Below, one piece after another: positions 7,893 through 15,630 of a stretch of 33,081 nt of DNA. The translations under genes were made by a program, and so were the position numbers. The notes beneath the pieces were generated by a model. The model was given only the letters and a program-made list of their open reading frames with translations. It had not been told where the DNA came from and searched no databases. The DNA comes from a virus (taxonomy: Duplodnaviria > Caudoviricetes): positions 1 through 33,081 of the IMG/VR virus record IMGVR_UViG_3300022666_000358. One strand, written 5' to 3'. Positions within the stretch are counted from its first letter, which is position 1. Every line of letters begins with the position of its first letter.

Positions 7893-8665
7893 GGAGTCCA
7901 GTCCTCTAGGAGTATTCCGTCTGGCGGAAGTAGGCCGAGTTCGCGGAAGTTATCCGATTGGCCGTTGATGTGTCCGGGATAGCGATTAATAGACGCTTTC
8001 AGACCAGAAAGGGTAGGACGCCCTTTAGGGAAGCGATCGGCGTCAATGAAATAGTGGCACGCCTTGCAAACGATTTCCTTCCAATCAGCGGACTTGAGCA
8101 TCGATGAAAGGCATGAGCCATCCTTGCCCTGCTCGAAAATATAGCGATCAACTTCCACCCGAGAAAAAGCGTACATCCACCAGTCTCGAAAAAGTGCGAA
8201 CCCCGCCGGCGGGATTTTTGTCGGCAAAGATTTTTTCTTCAATTCTTTTAATTCTTGTATGTGGTCGTTTGCTGGTCGTTTGCTGGTCGCCTGATGGTCA
8301 ATTTGCCGGTCGCATTGCCGGTCGTTTGCCAACTCAATATCTTGGTAAGTATGCCAATTTATGATAGAAATTATTGAAAATTTGTTGGTCGTCTTGGTGG
8401 TCAAATTGTTGGTCGAAATTAGCGAGTTTAGGCAGGTTCTCACCTGACGTTCGGTCATTCCTAACTCTACAGCCGCCTGTTTCCGGCCGAAGACGAATTG
8501 GCCAGACTCCAGCGGAACCCGTTGGAAACCCACCTGGGCCGTTGTAGGTCGATGAGAAGCCTTCAGCAGGCAATATGACCAAAAAACCCATAACCGATGA
8601 TTCCGGAGCCAACCGTTATTAAGGGCTTGACGATGCAGTTTTATCCAGCCAGCCTGGGCGGTCAT
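7865..8665 (-). CDS. phage replication initiator (replisome organiser, lambda O-like position)
   Basis: GWIKLHR..W..CLLKASH..GQFVFGRKQAAVELGMTERQVRTCL wHTH-type N-domain; internal iteron-encoded segment; directly upstream of DnaB. Confidence 0.8.
   Translation of the reverse strand: MTAQAGWIKLHRQALNNGWLRNHRLWVFWSYCLLKASHRPTTAQVGFQRVPLESGQFVFGRKQAAVELGMTERQVRTCLNSLISTNNLTTKTTNKFSIISIINWHTYQDIELANDRQCDRQIDHQATSKRPANDHIQELKELKKKSLPTKIPPAGFALFRDWWMYAFSRVEVDRYIFEQGKDGSCLSSMLKSADWKEIVCKACHYFIDADRFPKGRPTLSGLKASINRYPGHINGQSDNFRELGLLPPDGILLEDWTPWKEKAPTA
8231..8330. repeat. putative replication origin: six 11-12-bp iterons (YGGTCGTTTGC) plus AT-rich tract inside the rep gene
   Basis: tggtcgtttgc tggtcgtttgc tggtcgcctga tggtcaatttgc cggtcgcattgc cggtcgtttgc (8262-8329) next to AT-rich 8231-8260, the same layout as lambda ori inside O. 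Confidence 0.7.
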
Positions 8666-8856
8666 TAGAGGCTCCTGGCTTTCTCAATGTAAGCCAAAAT
8701 CACTTTGGCAGCCGGATGGATCGAGCGTATAGCACCCACTTGGTTAAGGACCTCGTCACGTCGATTTTCTTCAAGGATCCGCAAAACCAACAAACGGAAG
8801 CATTCAGTAGGAATCCTTGAATAATTGGTGATATCACCAACGGAAAATCTAAACAT
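8665..8856 (-). CDS. small hypothetical protein (63 aa, MFRFSVGDIT...)
   Basis: 3' part of track ORF 8665..9018; GGGAG RBS after alpA stop; TAATG overlap with rep start. Confidence 0.55.
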   Translation of the reverse strand: MFRFSVGDITNYSRIPTECFRLLVLRILEENRRDEVLNQVGAIRSIHPAAKVILAYIEKARSL

Positions 8857-8867
8857 TGTGTGACTCC

Positions 8868-9068
8868 CTACTTGCCTACCGCTTCCATTCGAGAAATGTA
8901 CTCGGAAAGTTGATCGGCGGACCACACTGACGTTCGCCCCAATTTGATCGGAGCTGGGAAAAGATGACTTTTGATATCGTTGTAAATTTTGCTTTTCGAA
9001 ATCCCAAATACCTGGCAAACATCCCTGAGCCGGTAGTGTTGTGAAATAACTTTAGCCCTTGCGTCCAT
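8868..9068 (-). CDS. alpA: AlpA-family excisionase/transcriptional regulator
   Basis: YRLRDVCQVFGISKSKIYNDIKSHLFPAPIKLGRTSVW signature; GGAGG RBS before ATG 9068. Confidence 0.88.
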   Translation of the reverse strand: MDARAKVISQHYRLRDVCQVFGISKSKIYNDIKSHLFPAPIKLGRTSVWSADQLSEYISRMEAVGK

Positions 9069-9107
9069 AATCCCTCCAGTGTGGTCCATGGTTATTCTTT
9101 AAAAACT

Positions 9108-9136
9108 ATTAAAGCCCACTTACACCACGATGTCAA
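9108..9136 (-). promoter_or_regulatory. sigma70 promoter of alpA-rep-dnaB operon
   Basis: Minus strand TTGACA-17 bp-TTTAAT. Confidence 0.7.
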
Positions 9137-9197
9137 TCGTAAGTATCCGTAATCACATTGTTTTTAGTACGTTTATTTTCAGAAAAATGCTGTACTA

Positions 9198-9232
9198 AAC
9201 TGAAAACGGCCATCTGATATTCAGATGACCGC
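9198..9232 (-). terminator. intrinsic terminator downstream of ORF 9315-9935
   Basis: Minus strand CGGTCATCTGA-ATA-TCAGATGGCCG followed by TTTTCAGTTT. Confidence 0.55.
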
Positions 9233-9314
9233 TAACTTGTCGACAGGATTAGATAAGATATTCTTTGTTTTGAGTGTCAGGAATGAGCAGGGCGGGGGTG
9301 ATCAAGATGGATGA

Positions 9315-9935
9315 TTATTTTTGGCGCCGTCTTTTTTTGTCTCTTATTTTGTTCAATACATATTTTCTTGCCTCTTCAGACATTTGAGAAAGTAGCATCT
9401 CTGCTGTATCTTCTTTATTATAACCCCTTGATTCTGCAATAATGGCAAAGCTTTCATAGAAACTTGCATAATCAGTCCGCTCGTAAATTCGTTCAGGTTC
9501 TTCTGCTTCTTTGCCCTTAATATTGAGAGCATTACCATCTTTTCTAAGAGCTATAAATATTTCTCGATGACCAATCCCAAAGCACCACTTAAACAGGAAA
9601 ACCCGTTTTGCTAATTCATAATCTTCTGTCTCACAGACCATAGATCGAAAAGTCTTTCTTGATATGCTAAAACAAGCATCAAGGCTTTTATAATCCTTAT
9701 GTGTCTTCCCGGAAGAATTTGCTATGAGGAATTCGCTGAAACCTTTCCCCAACGAATTTAATATCCAAGGATCTGGATACAAGCCTCTGCCCTGAAATTC
9801 ACAGAAAGCTCTTATTACGGCAAGGAAGTTTCCATTTTCCGTCCGTTCAATGTCGGCGTTTCCTTCAGGTACGCGGCCAAGAAAACATCTGTGCAAATAT
9901 TCAATCCAACGTTCGAAATCGTGATCTTCTCCCAT
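9315..9935 (-). CDS. hypothetical protein, low GC (206 aa)
   Basis: Clean ORF with GGAGG RBS between integrase and alpA; no recognisable motif. Confidence 0.75.
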   Translation of the reverse strand: MGEDHDFERWIEYLHRCFLGRVPEGNADIERTENGNFLAVIRAFCEFQGRGLYPDPWILNSLGKGFSEFLIANSSGKTHKDYKSLDACFSISRKTFRSMVCETEDYELAKRVFLFKWCFGIGHREIFIALRKDGNALNIKGKEAEEPERIYERTDYASFYESFAIIAESRGYNKEDTAEMLLSQMSEEARKYVLNKIRDKKRRRQK

Positions 9936-9964
9936 TTTCGCGCCTCCTGCAGCGCCCTGGTAGA

Positions 9965-10024
9965 TTCGCGCGGGAAACTGCCCCAGGAAAGACAGCTTGT
10001 CGGGTGGCCGCCCTATCCCGCGAA
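9965..10024 (-). ncRNA. structured RNA resembling the int-alpA motif
   Basis: Minus strand TTCGCGGGA TA GGGCGGCCACCC GACAA GCTGTC-tttcctgg-GGCAGT TTCCCGCGCGAA: closing stem plus two hairpins directly after the integrase stop; family assignment from recall only. Confidence 0.5.
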
Positions 10025-10032
10025 ATTGAAAT

Positions 10033-11265
10033 CTATTCCACTCTCTTGAGCGGTATTACCTGCGCGCCGGCCTTCAAGGCTTCCAGGTAATCGGCCCATT
10101 GCTGCATCATCTTTCGTCTCTCAGCAAGATGTGCTGTCCGGTTGTAGGCGCGCCCGTTCGGGTCTTTCACTGCATGGGCCATTTGGTGTTCGATGTAATC
10201 AACCCTTACCTGGAGTACTTCATCAAGGATCGTTCGAGCCATGGCCCGGAAACCATGGCCGGTCATCTCGTCAGTACCGAAACCCATTCTCCGAAGGGCC
10301 GCGTTAATCGCGTTGTTACTCATAGAGCGGGCAAAAGACCGCCCGGAAGGGAACAAGTACTGACTCCTCCCGGTCAATGCCTGGAGTTCCCGCAGGATCT
10401 TCACGGCCTGGGCCGATAAAGGAACAAGGTGAGCAACCTTCATCTTCATCCTTTCAGCGGGGATGTTCCACTCTGCCGCTTCAAGGTCAATCTCCGCCCA
10501 TTCTGCTTGCCGCAGTTCCCCGGGCCGGACAAAAACCAAGGGGGCAAGCTGCAAGGCACACTTGACCACGAAAGAACCCTGGTAGCCGTCAATGGCTCTC
10601 AGGAGTGCAGCAACTTCTTTCGGATCGGTAATGGCCGCATGGTGCCTGGTCTTTATTGGGGTAAGCGCTCCTTTCAGGTCCGCAGCAGGATCACGCTCCG
10701 CCCTTCCCGTTGCCACGGCATACCGGAAGACCTGGCCACACACGAACCGTGCCCGGTGTGCCGTCTCGTGAGCTCCACGCGACTCTATCCGACGGAAGAC
10801 CATCAACAGTTCCGGCGCCGTGATTTCAGAAATGGGACGCAGCCCAACACATGGAAATACATCATGTTCCAGCCGCTGCATCGTCCTCACGGTATGCCCC
10901 TCACTCCATACACCTTTTTGCCTGGCATGCCATTCCCGAGCAACTGCCTCGAATGTATTGGTCGCCTGTTCACTCTCCACCCTTTTCTCAGCCTTGCGGG
11001 CCTCTCCAGGGTCAATACCTGCAGCAACCTGTTTTCTGGCTGCGTCTCGTTTCTCTCTGGCGTCGGCTAGCGACACTTCCGGATAGGTGCCAAACGATAG
11101 CTTTTTTTCCCGGCCCCCAAACCGGTATTTGAAGTGCCAGAGCTTCCCGCCGCGGGAGGTTACCAAGAGGAAGAGCCCTCCTCCATCAAAGAGCTTGATC
11201 TCTTTCTCCCCTGGCTTTGTATTTCTGACCTTGGTGTCGGTGAGAGGAGCAATCCGCTTCGGCAT
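10033..11265 (-). CDS. P4-like (IntA/CP4-57 family) tyrosine integrase, 410 aa
   Basis: Arm-binding N-domain (KLFDGGGLFLLV..GKLWHFKYRFGGREKKLSFGTYPEVSLADAR), VRPGELR, HGFRAMA, MAH..AYNR; AAAGGAG RBS supports ATG 11265. Confidence 0.95.
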   Translation of the reverse strand: MPKRIAPLTDTKVRNTKPGEKEIKLFDGGGLFLLVTSRGGKLWHFKYRFGGREKKLSFGTYPEVSLADAREKRDAARKQVAAGIDPGEARKAEKRVESEQATNTFEAVAREWHARQKGVWSEGHTVRTMQRLEHDVFPCVGLRPISEITAPELLMVFRRIESRGAHETAHRARFVCGQVFRYAVATGRAERDPAADLKGALTPIKTRHHAAITDPKEVAALLRAIDGYQGSFVVKCALQLAPLVFVRPGELRQAEWAEIDLEAAEWNIPAERMKMKVAHLVPLSAQAVKILRELQALTGRSQYLFPSGRSFARSMSNNAINAALRRMGFGTDEMTGHGFRAMARTILDEVLQVRVDYIEHQMAHAVKDPNGRAYNRTAHLAERRKMMQQWADYLEALKAGAQVIPLKRVE

Positions 11266-11277
11266 GGGCTTTTCTCC

Positions 11278-11334
11278 TTTTGGGGGCTTGCATTTTCCCT
11301 TGGGGGCATTTTCCGCCAAAATCGGCCCCCAAAA
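11278..11334. repeat. integrase arm-type binding repeats (TTGGGGGC x2 direct, x1 inverted)
   Basis: ttttgggggc, ttgggggcat and gcccccaaaa between the att core and the int start. Confidence 0.55.
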
Positions 11335-11380
11335 CTCCAGGATGTTGATGTACATCTTAGCACTACCCTGGACATCGAGC

Positions 11381-11412
11381 AATAAAAAACCCGCTATTTC
11401 TAGCGGGTTTTG
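11381..11412 (-). terminator. intrinsic terminator after tRNA
   Basis: AAAACCCGCTA-GAAA-TAGCGGGTTTTTT on the minus strand. Confidence 0.8.
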
Positions 11413-11442
11413 GACGATGATGAATCACCGTGGATTTGATTC

Positions 11443-11518
11443 TGGAGCCACCTGCCGGAGTCGAACCGGCGACCTATTGATTACGAATCAATTGCTCTAC
11501 CATCTGAGCTAAGGTGGC
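11443..11518 (-). tRNA. tRNA-Thr (anticodon CGT)
   Basis: GCCACCTTAGCTCAGATGGTAGAGCAATTGATTCGTAATCAATAGGTCGCCGGTTCGACTCCGGCAGGTGGCTCCA: 76-nt cloverleaf, GTTCGA T-loop, encoded CCA. Confidence 0.96.
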
Positions 11519-11620
11519 AGTCATATTTTCTGGAAGTGATTGTTTTGGAAGGATTTTTTACTGTTTTTGCTCTACAAACCACCCTTGTGAAGCCGCATAA
11601 GTTCGTTGTAGACCCCTCTG

Positions 11621-11649
11621 TTTTTACCCGAAAACCAACAGAGTGTCAA
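11621..11649 (-). promoter_or_regulatory. sigma70 promoter for the tRNA
   Basis: Minus strand TTGACA-17 bp-TAAAAA, starting 8 bp after the tail fibre stop codon. Confidence 0.6.
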
Positions 11650-11657
11650 GTCATCCA

Positions 11658-12434
11658 TCAATATGTTGCAAACGCAATATTGTCCAGCGACACGTAGGTT
11701 ACCGATGCGGGCGAGACAACCGTCACATTGCCATCGCTGCCCACCTGTATTCTGGAGACGGCATACGATCCGGAAACATTCGCCAATGCAGCACAAGTAA
11801 ATGCGTTAACAGGGCGATAGCCTGACGGCAATGTGAACACGGTGGATCCGATAGTGCCCGCACTGATCGAACCCTTCAACCTGACAATAGACATCCCATC
11901 CTTTGCATATCGGACCGGGAAACCTGATGGACTATATTCAGCCCAGTTATTGAGCAGCGTTGGCGTCTGCCAGGATGCTGCCGCCGGCACGGTCATGATC
12001 TGAGCCTGAGACCAGGTGATGGTTTGCCCCCCGGCCGTAGGCGCCGGGTTCGCAGTCCTCAGAAATACTCCGCCGTCGGTAGCAGAAATATACATCGCAT
12101 AGGCTGCGCCAGCTGCGATACTGATCCAGTTCGTGCCGTCAAAATAGCAATTTACGGATAGATGCACCTTGCCTGCAGCCTCGATCATCGTATGCGTTCT
12201 GCTTCTGTCGCCAATCATTGGGCTGCAATTAGTCACTGCTGGACGAGCTACGATGTAACTGCCGAGTTTCAAAATCCCGCCCGAATCCAGCACCAGTATA
12301 TTATTAGCCCCGGGTGTCTGGCTGGCAGTGAAGGTGCTTAACCTGGTCAGCAGGCCGATCAGCTCGTCCCAGTTTGCATCCATTTCGGCTTGAGTCAGTT
12401 CCAATCCTTTCACACTTCGTTTCGTGACCGCCAT
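11658..12434 (-). CDS. tail fibre/receptor-binding protein
   Basis: N-terminal KRSVKGLELTQAEMDANW anchor motif; C-terminal WQTPTLLNNW..VRYAKD..IVRLKGSI..FTLPSGYRP..VSLDNIAF fibre head; last tail gene. Confidence 0.8.
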   Translation of the reverse strand: MAVTKRSVKGLELTQAEMDANWDELIGLLTRLSTFTASQTPGANNILVLDSGGILKLGSYIVARPAVTNCSPMIGDRSRTHTMIEAAGKVHLSVNCYFDGTNWISIAAGAAYAMYISATDGGVFLRTANPAPTAGGQTITWSQAQIMTVPAAASWQTPTLLNNWAEYSPSGFPVRYAKDGMSIVRLKGSISAGTIGSTVFTLPSGYRPVNAFTCAALANVSGSYAVSRIQVGSDGNVTVVSPASVTYVSLDNIAFATY

Positions 12435-12442
12435 ATGTTCTC

Positions 12443-15211
12443 CTATACCAAAACTGTGAATTTCATTGTATCGATTGCCTCCGCGGATCCCGGAGACGGC
12501 CCGGCCTCAATGACGATACCGACGGCGTTGCCGGCGAAACCGAGGGTAACTACCTGGCCGAATCTCACATCCGCATAATCGAGGTAGGTTTCGAACTCAT
12601 GCAACCATGGCCGGCCGGCGTGGTGTGTCTTGAAATAGCTCAAAACATCGGCCGCCATGGTGTCACCGGTAATAACGTCGCAACGGAACAGATCCGGCTG
12701 CTCGTGTTCGCCATAATTCGAGATGCTGGTCGCATCCGAGTCGGACAATGAGCTCTGATATGCGCTGTCCCCAGAGGATTGTGTCCAGTCGCGGTTATAC
12801 AGCAGGTTGATCACGTTCAGGACATCATCGATATCGGCTTTCCTGCGCCGATGAACCTTGACGCCGTCATCTGTGACTCTGCAGGCCGATATGGTCCGTG
12901 TGCTGGTCAGTGTGGATGGCCGGACGATTAGGGTCGCCGCGCCACGTTCCATGACGAACCAGGACCTCAGCTGGAAGGCAATCGTGTTGAGCCAATCGAT
13001 TGCCTGCTTGTATTCGGTAATTGCACCGTTGACGGCATATGATGCCGGCAGGGTCCCGGACAGCAATGCAGCCACAGATGAACCCGCCCGGGTAAGGATG
13101 TCGGTGAATACGTCAATCGGCGTGATTGACCGCGTGACGTTGACCAGGATGGCGTCACCGATCATGGTGTTTGCTACTGAATTACCGGACAGCGAAACCG
13201 TACCGGATTTTGTGATGTCGCCAGTCCTGGTAACAGACCCGCTTTTTGATACGGAACCTGATTTTGATACGGTCCCTGATTTGGAAACCGTACCGGACTT
13301 TGTCACACCCGAGGACTCTGTGGATACGGAACCATCCGAAAACTCAATGGTACGTGAGGCCGATTCGACCTGGAAATAGTTGTATGTCCCGTTGCCAGAT
13401 ATGGCATGGATCTCGTTGTCACCGATATCTGAGTCAATGGAGAATTCAACAGTTTTAGTCCTGATTGCGCTTGAATTGAACGGGCTTGTCAGAGTGACTC
13501 GGGTTGAGTTGCCCACTACGATATAAATATTGTCCGTAGTGACCAGGGTTCCGCCGTTCAGGGTTAATTTGTATGTGACAAGGGTTCTGGTGCCGGAAAT
13601 GGACGGGAATGTCACGGTCGCATATGCGCAATTTGAATATCCGTGAAATGAACTGCTTGTTGCGTCAAAGGTTTTCGGGCAATTGCTCGCGGCATGGCTC
13701 GAACTCTTTGCGTATGAGTGCGTGTGATTCGGGTCATATAGGGAAATCAGGTCGGAAATTGATATCGTGTCGGAGATCGAAATCGAATCCGAAACATTTA
13801 TCCCGTCCTGGATCACCAACCCGTCAACGATGGTAATTCCATCCAGCAAATTCAGCGCGACCGCCTGCTGGATGGTTACCCGATCCGGAATGGTGAGCAC
13901 TGCTTTCCCGGAATAACCTGTCAGCTCGTTGCCGCCCTGGCCGATGTATCGGGTGCAAAGCGGCGTAATGTCCAGTATGCCCTGCCCCACAACACCAAAA
14001 ACTTTGTTTATGGCATCGACTGGATGATCAGCAACGAGGTAGATAAATGACGTTCTGACCTCCCACACCACAGCGCCGCGATCATGGGACTGGGGCTCTG
14101 TGCTATCATAATGCCGTGTGACCGTGGCCGTGCAGGCAGTCGCGTCGACCCCAGAAATATACATCTGCTCCTGGTCGATCCAGACCACTGTTCCAGCTGC
14201 CCAGGTACTTGGCAGCTCCGAAAGCAGGAGCGTGGTGTCGTCAGTGTCAATACCTCCAGCTGTAGCCAGCGTCGTCATTTTACCCGCGTCAACGGCCAGC
14301 GTGGGCAATTTCGTCACCGTACCGTAGATGATCGGTATCACCTTCCCGATGTCGTCGGGGTCGGCGTTGGGATGGGTCGTGGCGTCCAGTTTTGCGCCGA
14401 TGTATGCCTTGAGCCTGCTGGTTTCGTCCTTTATGACTAGGTCGACAGTGGTTTCGTCCGGAATATCTACACTATCAACATATCCCCGAAATATGAGCCG
14501 CGGCGCTTCCGTCGATCCCCTCATCCATAGATACAATTCAGCCGCCGACGTCTCCAGGGGATATGCCATGGCCAGGGATTCCATATTCGGAGAAGCAGCC
14601 GGATCGGAGAGCAGGGAAATGTCAAAATCCGAAACCTGGTACTCTTCCAGTGATCCGGATATGCCGGTCCGCACGGATCCCCAGGAGGCAACCCAGGGAG
14701 TTGTGGCCACGCCGAGAGGTGTAACTGCCATAGTGACGTCGGACAGGTAGTAAACTACGCTGTTGATCGTCATTTTCAAAAACCAGACCGGTGCGCACGA
14801 TTTGTCGTACATTCCGCCCGGAGAGGCTGAAACTCCCCAGGCGATCTCCTCGTCAAACACCAGGTCCACCTGGTAGCGTCCGGGGCCGACCTCGACCGGA
14901 TCGACAATGCCGGACTGTCTGGCTGCATGGGACACCCCTGCATGATCCCACCAGGTGAATGTGTGGTATCTGCCCCTGGATGTATTGGCAAAAAATGATT
15001 TGATGGACGCCAATAAAGTGGCGGTTACATCGGAGTATGACAGCCGGTGCCGCACACGGACAATTCCGCCCTTGTCGTAGACGTACTGATTGCCATCGGA
15101 GTCAAATCCGACGGCCTGGTACAGCTCTGATGCATCACCACTGCCGCTCCGAAGGGGCGCCAGTGGCATCTGGATTGTTACCGCACCACTCACAAACTGG
15201 TTACTCGGCAT
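12443..15211 (-). CDS. baseplate hub/central tail protein (922 aa) with N-terminal Dit-like domain and inserted stalk/tip
   Basis: Position after Dit; LIFRGYVD, GKVIPIIYGTV and C-terminal DATSISNYG hub-like motifs; internal hexapeptide repeats. Confidence 0.75.
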   Translation of the reverse strand: MPSNQFVSGAVTIQMPLAPLRSGSGDASELYQAVGFDSDGNQYVYDKGGIVRVRHRLSYSDVTATLLASIKSFFANTSRGRYHTFTWWDHAGVSHAARQSGIVDPVEVGPGRYQVDLVFDEEIAWGVSASPGGMYDKSCAPVWFLKMTINSVVYYLSDVTMAVTPLGVATTPWVASWGSVRTGISGSLEEYQVSDFDISLLSDPAASPNMESLAMAYPLETSAAELYLWMRGSTEAPRLIFRGYVDSVDIPDETTVDLVIKDETSRLKAYIGAKLDATTHPNADPDDIGKVIPIIYGTVTKLPTLAVDAGKMTTLATAGGIDTDDTTLLLSELPSTWAAGTVVWIDQEQMYISGVDATACTATVTRHYDSTEPQSHDRGAVVWEVRTSFIYLVADHPVDAINKVFGVVGQGILDITPLCTRYIGQGGNELTGYSGKAVLTIPDRVTIQQAVALNLLDGITIVDGLVIQDGINVSDSISISDTISISDLISLYDPNHTHSYAKSSSHAASNCPKTFDATSSSFHGYSNCAYATVTFPSISGTRTLVTYKLTLNGGTLVTTDNIYIVVGNSTRVTLTSPFNSSAIRTKTVEFSIDSDIGDNEIHAISGNGTYNYFQVESASRTIEFSDGSVSTESSGVTKSGTVSKSGTVSKSGSVSKSGSVTRTGDITKSGTVSLSGNSVANTMIGDAILVNVTRSITPIDVFTDILTRAGSSVAALLSGTLPASYAVNGAITEYKQAIDWLNTIAFQLRSWFVMERGAATLIVRPSTLTSTRTISACRVTDDGVKVHRRRKADIDDVLNVINLLYNRDWTQSSGDSAYQSSLSDSDATSISNYGEHEQPDLFRCDVITGDTMAADVLSYFKTHHAGRPWLHEFETYLDYADVRFGQVVTLGFAGNAVGIVIEAGPSPGSAEAIDTMKFTVLV

Positions 15212-15630
15212 TACTGGACCCTCAGTTGAACCTGGACATCATGGGCGTTATCATAACGCTCGGAGATCTCCGGCATTTTCGATGCGGCGAAACGGACAGT
15301 ATATGCGGCACTATCCATATCGGTATAGGTGAAGGGCGTCGACATGCCCCGCGCAACATCCCGCCACCACACTATGAGGCGGTCTTTGTCCCAGGTGGTC
15401 ATGCTGGACCAGTGCAGGTCAATGATGTCATCCTTGACGTAATAGTCGCAGCCGATGCTTTCCGCGCCGCCCGACCTGAGATCAGGCTGCCGGAACGATA
15501 ATGGCAGAGACCGAGGATCGGGCGATTGCTCGAATGACAACGTGTTGCCACCCAGGGAGAATGATACCGGGCTGCCGGTGGCATCTCCGATATAACCATC
15601 CTCTAAGTATCCGTCCTCAACATAGGCCAT
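15211..15630 (-). CDS. distal tail protein (Dit/lambda gpM-like)
   Basis: Follows the TMP; RGMSTPFTYTD..YTVRF pattern; N-terminal YVEDGYLEDGY extension. Confidence 0.65.
   Translation of the reverse strand: MAYVEDGYLEDGYIGDATGSPVSFSLGGNTLSFEQSPDPRSLPLSFRQPDLRSGGAESIGCDYYVKDDIIDLHWSSMTTWDKDRLIVWWRDVARGMSTPFTYTDMDSAAYTVRFAASKMPEISERYDNAHDVQVQLRVQ

Larger units (their letters stand above)
1..11442 (-). mobile_element. PICI-like/P4-integrase phage satellite integrated at tRNA-Thr 3' end (left boundary outside window or unresolved)
   Basis: Order tRNA - terminator - arm-type repeats - P4-like integrase - ORF - alpA - rep - DnaB - HTH - cargo; no capsid, portal or terminase in this part; no duplicated tRNA 3' fragment seen. 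Confidence 0.75.

Noticed and set aside
11266-11382. 39-aa N-terminal extension of the integrase in the ORF track
   Set aside because: Covers arm-site repeats; RBS and family N-terminus point to ATG 11265.
1-11442. Second att site (duplicate of tRNA-Thr 3' end)
   Set aside because: No copy of TGGAGCCACCTGCCGG found by eye; a 9-bp ATTTGATTC match near 5963 versus 11434 is too short to trust.
11658-15211. Diversity-generating retroelement or invertible tail-fibre cassette
   Set aside because: No reverse transcriptase, no template/variable repeat pair, no inverted alternative fibre ends.
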